This document shows positions 18,103-27,284 of a stretch of 58,217 nt of DNA, piece after piece. Source of the DNA: Candidatus Hermodarchaeota archaeon (GTDB lineage: Archaea > Asgardarchaeota > Hermodarchaeia > Hermodarchaeales > Hermodarchaeaceae). The stretch lies in contig JAEOUH010000063.1 in NCBI GenBank assembly GCA_016839365.1, forward strand, positions 1 through 58,217, written 5' to 3'. The position numbers and the translations under genes were made by a program. How positions within the stretch are numbered: the first letter of the stretch is position 1; the number at the start of each line of letters is the position of its first letter. The notes beneath the pieces were generated by a model. It did not search any database. It saw nothing but the letters and a program-made list of their open reading frames with translations, and was not told where the DNA came from.

Positions 18103-18645
18103 ATGGCTGAATCCCTACTCGAAATTGAAGTATTAAACCGTATCAAAGCTGAAGCTAAAAAGAACGGCTGTTCTGAGAAAGAAGTTATCCAAGCATATAT
18201 TCAGAAGATGAATCAAGACAACCACGATGAATTTCAGAGAACCCCTATTAAGGAGCGGATCGTGCTTGTCCCACAATGTCTCCGTGAATCTGACTGCAAA
18301 GCACCCTTGGGCGAAAATGGCTACGTGTGCCAACACTGCAACCCTGAATGCCAAGTAAATCAGATTTCCAAAGCCGCAGACAGACTTGGGTATAAAGGCG
18401 TCTATATACTCCCAGGTGGCAGTATGGCCCAAAAAATCATCGACTTCAGTAAACCCCACGCCATTCTCGGTATAGCCTGTGAAAAAGAAGCCTTGCTGGG
18501 TGGACTCCTTCTTAAGAAACTTGGAATCATTGGCCGTGGGATTTTACTTTTCCGTGATGGCTGTGTCAACACATTGGTTAAAGTCGCTGATGTCCTCAAA
18601 ATCCTCGGCGTTAAGCTAGACCGCCGTCAAGATACCAAAGGCTGA
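18103..18645 (+). CDS. DUF116 family Cys-rich protein
   Basis: 'VPQCLR..C', 'CQHC...C', 'ILPGGS', 'GIACEKE', 'DGCVNT'. Confidence 0.85.
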   Translation: MAESLLEIEVLNRIKAEAKKNGCSEKEVIQAYIQKMNQDNHDEFQRTPIKERIVLVPQCLRESDCKAPLGENGYVCQHCNPECQVNQISKAADRLGYKGVYILPGGSMAQKIIDFSKPHAILGIACEKEALLGGLLLKKLGIIGRGILLFRDGCVNTLVKVADVLKILGVKLDRRQDTKG

Positions 18646-18653
18646 TGAATGAT

Positions 18654-19061
18654 TCATTCTTTCCAGGCTTTCGCAGGTACCCAATCGTGCATCTCATCTG
18701 CTGCATTCAGCACCTGACGAATGTACCGGGATAACTCCTCTGCCGTAAGGTCAGTATCAGCAGTCTCTACAACAACGGCTAAGTCCCCATCAGGATCCAA
18801 ACAGAATTTAATGCCATTCCAAGACCATGCCTCTTGGAGCAATTTCACATAGAATGCAGTCGTGTCCTTAGCAGAGAGCTTGGGAAATTTCTGCCAGCCT
18901 ACAATGGTGAGCCACACATCATTTGGCGAGAATATGAAGTTAATAACGAGGTTTTCCCATTTGTCGGTTTTCCAGAGGGCGACGACGGTTTCGTCTTTGA
19001 GTTCGTATCTCACTTCAAGTTCATCAAGTAGGCTGGTGATTTCTTCTATTCGTTTTCCCAT
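18654..19061 (-). CDS. YbjN/T3SS-chaperone-fold protein
   Basis: 135 aa acidic protein with an 'LL...W...KFCLDPDGDL' pattern typical of YbjN-like domains. Confidence 0.55.
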   Translation of the reverse strand: MGKRIEEITSLLDELEVRYELKDETVVALWKTDKWENLVINFIFSPNDVWLTIVGWQKFPKLSAKDTTAFYVKLLQEAWSWNGIKFCLDPDGDLAVVVETADTDLTAEELSRYIRQVLNAADEMHDWVPAKAWKE

Positions 19062-19283
19062 TGCTATAGCCTCAAATTGGTTATAGTGGTTTCGTCACTG
19101 TTCGTGTGACGGTAGAAAAACCTTTTCGCGTTAAGGCTTTGGAGGTGCATGGAGGCTGTGTTTTCGTAATGGAGGGGTTCTTTAAAAGACAGGACTCCGG
19201 TTAGTATCGTGGGCTCTCTATAGACGACCAGTTTCATCTAGCGTCTAATGAGCCGGCCTACCTAGAGATTATAGCTATCAAAG

Positions 19284-19595
19284 GTGTTGAAAGTGGCCCA
19301 AGATGGCTCCATTTACAAACGAACACGCTACGACATCTACGCCATGCTCATTCGCATCATCGTAATTCATGGCTATTGCCCCCTTACCCGGGCGGCTCGC
19401 TCAACGAATCTGCCCGTGGATCGTGCAAAGACCACCCTTGGGTTTCTTGAAGAGCGGGGCCTTGTCGAAGTAGTAGAAGAAGACAATCGGCGGTTGTTCC
19501 GGGTCACAGTCCGGGGGCGTCAGTATCTGGAAATGTATAAGCGCATGATTGGCTTTGTCGGTATGCCCATACCCGAACCCGTCACACCGTTCTAG
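19284..19595 (+). CDS. Winged-helix DNA-binding protein (archaeal HTH_45-like)
   Basis: 'KRTRYDIYAML...LTRAARSTNL...LEERGLV...FRVTVRGRQYL'. Confidence 0.8.
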   Translation: MLKVAQDGSIYKRTRYDIYAMLIRIIVIHGYCPLTRAARSTNLPVDRAKTTLGFLEERGLVEVVEEDNRRLFRVTVRGRQYLEMYKRMIGFVGMPIPEPVTPF

Positions 19596-19651
19596 TGCTA
19601 TCATATCCTATTCAATGTGAAGAGAATTTAAAAATAAAATGAGGTATAGCG

Positions 19652-20608
19652 ATGAAAATCAATTCAAGCGTATATGACACCGTAGTTATTGGTGGCGGAC
19701 CCGCAGGCATCGCTGCAGCAATGCATTTGGGGTTTCATCAGCGGAGAGTCTTAGTTATTGACCGAAAGACATCACCGATGCAATTCGCTAATACTCCAAT
19801 CCATAATTATCCTGGTGTGAAACCCCTTGTTGCTCCCACAGAAATCCTTCAGAAGATGAGGAAAGAATTACGCGAATATGATGTTGAAACGCTTTTTGGT
19901 AATGTAATCAGAATTACTGGGCAGGCGCCAAATTTTCATGTAGCAATCAAATCGGCTCAAGAGGCGCTTACTACGGTCACCGCGAAAACTTTGGTCTTAG
20001 CAACGGGGATTGCTCGTAAACATCCTAAGGTTGATGGTGACTGGAAAAAGTGGCTTCCGTTTGCAGGGAAAAATCGTATGAGCTATTACTGTCCGGATTG
20101 TGATAGTCCACAAGCGGCCGGGAAAGACGTCATCATCGTCAATGCTGGGACGGCTAATAGTGCGCTCCATGTGGCTCGGTGCATCAAACCCTTTGCAACG
20201 CGCATTCGCATCTTCATGACGGAGGATGCCTACGCCCCTTACACCAAAAACTCTGAAACAATCCTGAACAAGTCGGAGTTCGAATGGACCCATGGTCTTG
20301 TAAAAAAAATAAACATCTTAGAACCTGGAAAACGACAACAGCTTATCACCGCTGATGGTCAAACCCTTGAATGCAACATATTCTTTGTTGCATGGATTGC
20401 TGTTCCACGTAATGAACTTGCAATTGAATTAGGCGTTGAATTAGATGGACATGGCAATATTATCACGGATTTCAAGGGAGCTACAAATATTAAAGGGGTC
20501 TGGGCTGCTGGGGATGTTCGCCCAATTACCCAAACGGTTGCTACCGCTGTGGGGACAGGCGTCTATACTGGAATTATGATTGCCCATTACTTGATATCCT
20601 TAGCTTGA
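19652..20608 (+). CDS. Thioredoxin reductase-like NAD(P)/FAD oxidoreductase
   Basis: GGGPAG, NYPG, LATG, CPDCD redox motif, 'TNIKGVWAAGD'. The NAD(P)H motif is degenerate (NAGTANSA). Confidence 0.85.
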   Translation: MKINSSVYDTVVIGGGPAGIAAAMHLGFHQRRVLVIDRKTSPMQFANTPIHNYPGVKPLVAPTEILQKMRKELREYDVETLFGNVIRITGQAPNFHVAIKSAQEALTTVTAKTLVLATGIARKHPKVDGDWKKWLPFAGKNRMSYYCPDCDSPQAAGKDVIIVNAGTANSALHVARCIKPFATRIRIFMTEDAYAPYTKNSETILNKSEFEWTHGLVKKINILEPGKRQQLITADGQTLECNIFFVAWIAVPRNELAIELGVELDGHGNIITDFKGATNIKGVWAAGDVRPITQTVATAVGTGVYTGIMIAHYLISLA

Positions 20609-20648
20609 ACTCGTGTTAATGAATGTCGAGTGGAGCCACGTTTGTTTT

Positions 20649-21263
20649 TTACCATCTATCAAAATGCATCTTCTGTTGTAATGACACCGATTTTTGTTTT
20701 ATAACATGTTTCTGTGGATATCCAATTGGGATTATAGCCGCAACTTCATAATCCTCAGGAATATTCAGCGCTTTTTTGAGGGCCATAGTATCGTAGGGTA
20801 TTTTGGTCACGCCATACAGACCTTCTGCTGCCAATGCTAACAAAATATTTTCAATGCAACACCACACCGAAGCGAAACTATTCAAGTCGAAAAGTGTTTT
20901 GCAATTCCCGAGAGCTTTTCGCATTTTAAAACAGATGACAAGCACTTCAGGTGCGCTCAATAACATTCTTTTCTGGACGGGTAACGCCTTTAGATACATC
21001 TCTTTCTCTAATTGGTCCGTCATCCCCTCCGTCCAATCGTTGATCTCTTCGCTTGAAAAATCGTGCGAACTCGGCTCCACCTCGAGAACTTCTTTCCTTC
21101 GTTCAATATTCTTCAGTAGAATAAATTCCCATTCTCTTTGATGATTATGGCTTGGCGCCTTCAGTCCAGCATCCAAGACTCTTAGGAGTTTCTCCTCTTC
21201 CACCGGTCTAGACTGAAACTCCCGGATACTCCGCCTTTTCTTAACAATTTCGTAAAAATCCAT
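20649..21263 (-). CDS. Nitroreductase family protein
   Basis: 'RRSIREF', 'APSHNHQREWEF', 'ENILLALAAEGL', 'IPIGYP'. Confidence 0.9.
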   Translation of the reverse strand: MDFYEIVKKRRSIREFQSRPVEEEKLLRVLDAGLKAPSHNHQREWEFILLKNIERRKEVLEVEPSSHDFSSEEINDWTEGMTDQLEKEMYLKALPVQKRMLLSAPEVLVICFKMRKALGNCKTLFDLNSFASVWCCIENILLALAAEGLYGVTKIPYDTMALKKALNIPEDYEVAAIIPIGYPQKHVIKQKSVSLQQKMHFDRW

Positions 21264-21358
21264 AATCTATCATTCTGAAGTTGAGATTTATAAATTCCCA
21301 TTCAGAATTCGAGTCTCAGTCTAGAATGTAGCTTGGTTTTCTTCGGATTTATTTTACT

Positions 21359-21421
21359 TAACAAAATATGAGTAAAGTATCAATATGTGATCCCCCAAAA
21401 CTACTCGGTCACAAGATGTGA
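21359..21421. repeat. Degenerate intergenic repeat copy 1 with TCACA-N3-TGTGA palindromes
   Basis: TAACAAAATATGAGTAAAGTATCAATATGTGATCCCC, then TCACAAGATGTGA at 21409-21421. Confidence 0.55.
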
Positions 21422-21474
21422 AAAACCTTAAAGAATGACAGGATTATAATCCCATTTTCCAGATTGTGAGACGA

Positions 21475-22083
21475 ATGATTTTATTACAGATTCTAGCAAT
21501 TTGTGGAATGCTGAGTCCAATTATTTACACTGTAATGTGGATTCTTGGTGGTATCTTAGTACCGGACTATGATCACATTCGAGATGACATAAGTTCATTA
21601 ATGGCAGTTGGAGCGCCGAGAAAACGAGTATTTGGTTCGTTCCTAATAACGTCGAGTGTCCTATTATTTGTGTTCTACCTTGGAATGGTATTAGGAGTAT
21701 ACAACATACCGGTTTCAATTATAGGACATATTCTATTCTTTATTAGTGGATTATTGGGGGTGCTTGTTGCTCTTCTTTTCCCACTTGATGAAGGCGGGGA
21801 AATCAGTACATACCGAGGAAAAGCGCATTTAGCTCTTGTGTTTGGGTCGGGCTTCTTGTTAATTGTAGGAATGGTTGTCGTCTGGTTTGATTTGGTTGGA
21901 GTAGCCTTTTGGAATGTCTTTGCGATGTATTCTCTCATCTCGGCTATTGTTGCACTAATATTAATGATAATTTCAGGGATATTCATTAAAAGTCGCTATA
22001 GGGGACTTCTCGAAAGATTAGGAGTAAGCACCTTCATGCTGTATTACTTCGTACTTGCCTTGATGGTGTTTCTAACAAATTAA
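21475..22083 (+). CDS. DUF998 family membrane protein
   Basis: 'PDYDHIRDDISSLMAVGAP', 'LFPLD', 'AH', 'GLLERL' with multiple TM segments. Confidence 0.85.
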   Translation: MILLQILAICGMLSPIIYTVMWILGGILVPDYDHIRDDISSLMAVGAPRKRVFGSFLITSSVLLFVFYLGMVLGVYNIPVSIIGHILFFISGLLGVLVALLFPLDEGGEISTYRGKAHLALVFGSGFLLIVGMVVVWFDLVGVAFWNVFAMYSLISAIVALILMIISGIFIKSRYRGLLERLGVSTFMLYYFVLALMVFLTN

Positions 22084-22130
22084 TTCAACAACCCATCAAA
22101 TTTTGAATATGTTTCTGGGATTTGTCAAAA

Positions 22131-22200
22131 TTAACAACAAGTGAGTATAGTTACATTTTGTGACCCCAACATGGAGAGTTACTCACATATTGTGAGTCCC
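22131..22200. repeat. Degenerate intergenic repeat copy 2
   Basis: TTAACAACAAGTGAGTATAGTTACATTTTGTGACCCCAA, then the perfect palindrome ACTCACA-TAT-TGTGAGT at 22181-22197. Confidence 0.6.
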
Positions 22201-22339
22201 AAATTACCGATTTTTAGATGGTAATATGATAGGATTAAGACCGTAAGTCCCCGATAACCGATTTTTAGGTCGTTTAGTTAAAGCAAACATACCTAGGGGG
22301 ATGAGATATGAAGGAATTAGTTGTGAATTACTGAACCAT

Positions 22340-22852
22340 TCATGGTGGTACGAGGGGGCATTCCCACCAACCAATCGCTGGCCACCCACGTTTCAATACC
22401 AGAATATGACCTTCAAGGTGATTAACGGTGTAGGGATTTCCCGTTGTATGAATTGTGATATTATAGTGGCCTTGAGCGCAATACCAGCCAGTCGTGAAAA
22501 TACCCGTTGGGGGGGAGAAAATGATGTGTTCAATAATATCTCCCGTTGAATTCCGAATATCCATGTAACCTGCAATTAGAAACGAAGGGTTCTCAGCTAT
22601 CTCAACTTCAACAATCATTTGTATGAAGGGATGAATAATGTCCACTTCATATTCTAGGGTTATATATCCATAATCATATGCGTCAATCTCTTCATTTATT
22701 GCATAATTTTGCCACGCAGGGGCTACGGGTCCATAGAGGAGGTAGTACGGGGTGATAAAGGTCGCCATTAAGATGAAGAAAATCGCGATTAATAGATAAC
22801 CAGTGGTTCGTATTCGACTTCTACTCAATATTGAACCCCCAGGAATTCTCAA
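22340..22852 (-). CDS. Membrane-anchored hypothetical protein, paralog of 36812..37219
   Basis: N-terminal TM segment, beta-rich body, C-terminal LEG...RGWP motif shared with 36812..37219. Start uncertain. Confidence 0.65.
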   Translation of the reverse strand: MRIPGGSILSRSRIRTTGYLLIAIFFILMATFITPYYLLYGPVAPAWQNYAINEEIDAYDYGYITLEYEVDIIHPFIQMIVEVEIAENPSFLIAGYMDIRNSTGDIIEHIIFSPPTGIFTTGWYCAQGHYNITIHTTGNPYTVNHLEGHILVLKRGWPAIGWWECPLVPP

Positions 22853-22921
22853 TTTTTATTTGGTGCTTCTCCTTTATAGGCGTTTAAAAATACTACTCCC
22901 GTGGCTTTTCAGCTCGTGATG

Positions 22922-22957
22922 ATAGTTACATAATGTGACCCCAAAATGTGAGTCCCC
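22922..22957. repeat. Degenerate intergenic repeat copy 3
   Basis: ATAGTTACATAATGTGACCCCAAAATGTGAGTCCC, nearly identical to 22147-22172 plus the TGTGAGTCCC end of copy 2. Confidence 0.6.
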
Positions 22958-23012
22958 CTTTTAAAGCAGGAATGCCTTGCTTCTATCAGCGAAATGTTTG
23001 GAGTCAATCAAA

Positions 23013-24203
23013 ATGGGAGAAAAACTCCGATACGAAAATGAACACGCCCTCAAATTGGGACACGTTAAAGGCGATTTGGAACTCAAAAACTGCCGACAGG
23101 TCCTTCCCGAGAAAGGTGATACTATAGTCGTTGATGGGCGCATCTCTATACGCGGTGATGTGATATTCGAGGGCTCCTTACAAGCCGAGTATCTAGAAAT
23201 TCATGGTGATAACACCTCAGAAATTCATGGCGACCTCCTTGTAGCCCGGGCAGTGAATGTACGACGAGGTCAATTAGCAATTACAGGATCTGCAACAGCA
23301 AATCGCTTCGAAATAAACGCTGCCTTAAGCGTCGGTAAAGACTTACAGGCCACAAAAGTTTCGATTGGTGGTGCCCTCAAAGTTGGAGGAAACGCCACTG
23401 TTGAAGAGATCAAAGTGGGAGGGGCGGTCAAAATTGAAGGGAAAATCGATTCGAAGTCGTTGGAAGTTGGTGGCGCAGCCAAATGCAATACAGGGATAAT
23501 CGGCAAGGTTGATGTTGGTGGTTCTTTCAAAGCAGATGGTGCTATTGAAATTGGTTCGATTGATGTTGGGGGCGCTGTCGTTGTTGGACCTAGCTCTAAG
23601 GTGATTCGAATCGATGTTGGCGGCAGCTTCAAGAGTGAAGGAGAAGTGACCTTTGAGGATTTGGATGTCGGTGGAGCTGCGACATTTGGTGGGGATGCAA
23701 TCGGAAAATCCATTGATGTTGGGGGCGCTGTCACTGGCCAAGGCTCCATCACCTTAGCAGAAAAGCTGGATGTTGGAGGTTCAGTGGTCGTTACAAAGAA
23801 TCTAACCGTTGCTGAAGAAATTGATGTTGGCGGGTCCTTGCGAGCAGGTGGCAAGATTGAATCTCCGCGAATCGATATTGGTGGGTCTATTCATGGAACT
23901 CACATCATCGCTCAGGAATTCCGGATTGGTCGACGGGGTGAAGTCTCTGGCTTTGTTGAGGCAACTGACATCACGGTCGAAGAAAATGCTCGGGGTGCTT
24001 CCTTCTATGGTGATTCCATCCGTGTGGAAGAGCGGGCTCGAGTAAAGAACCTCTATGGGCGTCAAATCTACATTGAACGCGATGTCAGAGTTGAAGGTGA
24101 AGTCCTCTTCACAGAGGGATTGGAAACTGAACCTGGGATCCATTTCAGCAACGAGCCAGAGCAGGTTCAGAAGCTTCCCCGACCAGAAGACTTAATCAAA
24201 TAG
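23013..24203 (+). CDS. Long bactofilin-like (polymer-forming cytoskeletal) beta-helix protein
   Basis: About 17-aa periodic [IL]-D-V-G-G-[SA] repeats. C-terminus 'VKNLYGRQIYIE...VEGEVLF' resembles YhbE/YhbF/CcmA-type proteins. Confidence 0.7.
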   Translation: MGEKLRYENEHALKLGHVKGDLELKNCRQVLPEKGDTIVVDGRISIRGDVIFEGSLQAEYLEIHGDNTSEIHGDLLVARAVNVRRGQLAITGSATANRFEINAALSVGKDLQATKVSIGGALKVGGNATVEEIKVGGAVKIEGKIDSKSLEVGGAAKCNTGIIGKVDVGGSFKADGAIEIGSIDVGGAVVVGPSSKVIRIDVGGSFKSEGEVTFEDLDVGGAATFGGDAIGKSIDVGGAVTGQGSITLAEKLDVGGSVVVTKNLTVAEEIDVGGSLRAGGKIESPRIDIGGSIHGTHIIAQEFRIGRRGEVSGFVEATDITVEENARGASFYGDSIRVEERARVKNLYGRQIYIERDVRVEGEVLFTEGLETEPGIHFSNEPEQVQKLPRPEDLIK

Positions 24204-24348
24204 CTATAGCCTACAGCAGTCGGGTTCGAGAGCACGTTTGTGCCTCTCGAACCCATTATTTCTTGTTTTTCGTTTCAAAGGAGCATATAAGCACCAGAAA
24301 GGGATAGTTAATATTCAATCGACCTGTGCTTCGATGGTGCTCCATATC

Positions 24349-25371
24349 ATGGCTGACGGGAACCCTTTGACTAGGGGTAAGATACAACTGAGTGGCGAAT
24401 TCGAAATTATACCACTTGCAGCCGAAAGTCTTGGGGTTCGGAGCCTTGCCACCCAAGTGCAGACTGCAGATGTATCCATTCTCATCGACCCCAATGTTGC
24501 CTTAGGGTTCCGAGATAACTATCATCCACACCCCACCGAATATCTTGTTCTTGAAAAGCTACGCACGCAAATCCTTCAGGTAGCAAAGGTTGTAGATCTG
24601 ATTGTAGTGTCCCATTTCCATCACGACCATTTCATGCCTTTTTTCCGAAATTATGCCTACTTTTGGTCAAACTCCGATGACGCTGAAACGTTGTATGGTC
24701 ACAAGAAGGTCTGGTGTAAAGATATCCGGTCCCAGATTAACTACTCCCAACAAGGACGAGGGTACAATTTCATTCGACGTGCTCGCAAAGTAACTGAAGA
24801 AGTTGTGTACGCCGATGGCAAGGCGATGAAACTTGGCAACACGCTCGTTCGCTTCTCCCCCTCTGTACCCCACGGTGAAAGAGGAACTCACCTTGGATGG
24901 GTCATCATGACCTCCATTCGGTGTGGCGGGTTTTCCATGGTGCACGCCTCTGATGTACAAGGACCAATGCTCAAAGAGACAGCCGATTGGATTTTACATC
25001 AAAAACCTGATGTTGTGATTCTGGGTGGGCCACCCACCTATCTTTCTCCAGACCGCGTAAATCCAGAAGTTATTGCATCAGCCGCAACGAATCTTCGCAG
25101 CCTTTCTGAACAAATTCCCCTGATAATTGTGGACCATCATCTCTTACGGGATAAGGAATGGGATAGGTGGTTAGGACCTATCCAACAGCATGCCCGCAAA
25201 CACGGAAATCAGGCGATGACTGTTGCCGAAGTGTTGGGGCAGCCCTATAATCAACTCGAAGCGAAACGAGAATCACTATACGAACGCCATCCTCCCAGTG
25301 ACACCTATGAGGTATGGGTCAAAGACATCAAGAAATCTCGAACCCGGCTTCGCCCCCCACTCGATGTCTAG
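24349..25371 (+). CDS. MBL-fold hydrolase, archaeal UPF0282 family
   Basis: 'IIPLAAESLGVRS', 'SHFHHDH', 'VPHG', 'HASDVQG', 'GGPPTYL', 'DHHLLRD'. Confidence 0.88.
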   Translation: MADGNPLTRGKIQLSGEFEIIPLAAESLGVRSLATQVQTADVSILIDPNVALGFRDNYHPHPTEYLVLEKLRTQILQVAKVVDLIVVSHFHHDHFMPFFRNYAYFWSNSDDAETLYGHKKVWCKDIRSQINYSQQGRGYNFIRRARKVTEEVVYADGKAMKLGNTLVRFSPSVPHGERGTHLGWVIMTSIRCGGFSMVHASDVQGPMLKETADWILHQKPDVVILGGPPTYLSPDRVNPEVIASAATNLRSLSEQIPLIIVDHHLLRDKEWDRWLGPIQQHARKHGNQAMTVAEVLGQPYNQLEAKRESLYERHPPSDTYEVWVKDIKKSRTRLRPPLDV

Positions 25372-26051
25372 CGATCTTCGAAGATTGTTTTTACCGTGGG
25401 GGAGGGCTTGTAAAAGGGACCATGCACGGGCAAAAGCACTTCCTGAAATGCTTCTGCATATTCACATCCGCCTTGTAGTCCACGCAGCTTGGCTTTTTGG
25501 AGATTAAACGATTGGTAGTAATCATTCGTCTTCTCCATCTGACTCTGGTACTCCGCGATTGCCTGGCGTTTCTTGTCAATACTCTCAGAAATATCAACCA
25601 AAACTGTGGGTTTGGCTAGAAGGTTGTTAATCTCCATTATATACAAACGCTGGGGTCGCCAGGCTTTCTCCTGATATTGGGTTGAGTGGCCAGCCCATTC
25701 AGCTGCCCGAAGAAATGCCTTATGGACAACTTGGTGGTCCGGGTGGTAGTCTATATCACCGTGAGAGATTATCACCTGTGGTTGGATCTTTTGAATGATC
25801 GGAATGAGGGTATTCGTCACCTCAAAAACTCGAAGGTTCAAATCTTCCTCCTTCATGGCAATACTTTTCGCCCCAAGTACTTTACAGGCTGCAGTCAATT
25901 CCTTTTGACGGCTAGTTGATCCTGTTAGGCAGCATACCGTCACCTCAGAACCGCGGGCGATTTCAAGGGCTATAGTTCCACCACACCCAAATGTTTCATC
26001 ATCAGGATGCGCCCCAATAACCAATAGCCGCCTGGGCAATGATTTCGGCAT
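25368..26051 (-). CDS. bshB1: PIG-L/LmbE deacetylase, BshB1-like (GlcNAc-malate deacetylase)
   Basis: AHPDDE and HPDH metal motifs, 'VDISE', 'AEYQSQ', 'RGLQGGCEYAEAF'. Divergent from bshA. The family call is strong and the substrate is inferred from context. Confidence 0.7.
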   Translation of the reverse strand: MPKSLPRRLLVIGAHPDDETFGCGGTIALEIARGSEVTVCCLTGSTSRQKELTAACKVLGAKSIAMKEEDLNLRVFEVTNTLIPIIQKIQPQVIISHGDIDYHPDHQVVHKAFLRAAEWAGHSTQYQEKAWRPQRLYIMEINNLLAKPTVLVDISESIDKKRQAIAEYQSQMEKTNDYYQSFNLQKAKLRGLQGGCEYAEAFQEVLLPVHGPFYKPSPTVKTIFEDR

Positions 26052-26167
26052 ACATACTTGTACACCAGTTTTCCACCAAAAGGTTTACGAAAATCAATAA
26101 TTCAAACGTTCTTTTCTGGCAAGGCAACACATATGAGCACGAAAGAGAGCATGCCACAGGAAAGACA

Positions 26168-27274
26168 ATGCGAATCGGTATGACAGTCTATCCTGGGGTC
26201 GGAGGCAGTGGATTGCTTGGGACTCGCCTCGGCGTTGAACTCGCTAAACATGGTCACGAGGTTCGATTCATAACCTACGAAGTACCCTTTGAGTTACAAG
26301 AGGGACGTTATAAGAATGTGAAAGTTGATCTTGTCGATGTGTTAGAATATCCATTATTTCGTTACCCTCCTTACACGGTAGCCCTTGCTTCACGCATGGC
26401 ACAAGTTGTTCGGAAACACCATCTTGACCTAATACACGTTCATTACGCAATTCCTCATGCAGTATCAGCTTTTATTGCTCAGCAAATGACTGGCGTTCCT
26501 TATGTAGTGACTTTGCATGGGAGTGATGTGCACACTTTGGGTGCTGATCCAGCCTATCAGCCCTCTACGCGGTTTGCTGTTGAAGCCGCGAATGCAGTCA
26601 CGTGTGTGACAAAACACATCTGTCAAACTGCCGAAGAAAGCCTAGGAATTCGATGCTCCATCGAACCCATCACGAACTTTACAGATCCCACCCTCTTTAA
26701 GCCTGATGCCTGCGAATTCGCGTTCGGCGAAGGGAAACGGCAGTTGCTGCATGTATCGAACTTCCGCCCAGTGAAACGGGTTGGTGATTTAGTTACTGCT
26801 TTTGCACAGATTGCGGAGAAGGTCCCTGATGTGGATCTGCTGCTTATAGGTGATGGGCCCACACGCCCTGAGGTAGACCGGCTTATCCGAAAATATGAAC
26901 TTAATAGTCGCATTAAATGCCCTGGCTTCAAACGCGATGTGTATCAATATCTTCGTTGCGCTCACGCTTTTGGCTTGAGTTCAGAATTGGAAGGTGCTCC
27001 ACTTTCCCTGCTTGAAGCAATGAGTTGTGGGCTTCCCGTGGTTGCGACATCGGTCGGAGGAATTCCTGAGATTGTTCAGGATGGAATAAATGGTCTCTTA
27101 GTGCCTTTTGGTGATATTGATGCTCTTGCCGATAAACTCTATGCGGTTCTTACCGATTCCAAGCTAGCAGGAGACTTAGGTCGATCAGCTCGTCAAACGA
27201 TTCTCAAAAATCATACTGCTGAAAAAGTTATACCCCAGTATGAAGCCATCTACGAGAAAGTACTCCAAGGCTGA
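26168..27274 (+). CDS. bshA: N-acetyl-alpha-D-glucosaminyl L-malate synthase BshA (GT4)
   Basis: BshA-diagnostic motifs YPGVGGSG, 'YPLFRYPPY..ALAS', 'HVHYAIPHA', 'TLHGSD', 'HVSNFRPVKR'. Confidence 0.9.
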   Translation: MRIGMTVYPGVGGSGLLGTRLGVELAKHGHEVRFITYEVPFELQEGRYKNVKVDLVDVLEYPLFRYPPYTVALASRMAQVVRKHHLDLIHVHYAIPHAVSAFIAQQMTGVPYVVTLHGSDVHTLGADPAYQPSTRFAVEAANAVTCVTKHICQTAEESLGIRCSIEPITNFTDPTLFKPDACEFAFGEGKRQLLHVSNFRPVKRVGDLVTAFAQIAEKVPDVDLLLIGDGPTRPEVDRLIRKYELNSRIKCPGFKRDVYQYLRCAHAFGLSSELEGAPLSLLEAMSCGLPVVATSVGGIPEIVQDGINGLLVPFGDIDALADKLYAVLTDSKLAGDLGRSARQTILKNHTAEKVIPQYEAIYEKVLQG

Positions 27275-27284
27275 TGGGTTAAAA

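Noticed and set aside
21353-22957. CRISPR array or canonical integron attC sites
   Set aside because: Spacing of about 775 bp and degenerate copies exclude CRISPR. No convincing RYYYAAC...GTTRRRY pair was found, and no integrase or cas gene is in the window.
23270-23854. 194-aa minus-strand ORF with PPTS repeats
   Set aside because: It is the antisense reading of the DVGG repeats in the bactofilin-like gene.
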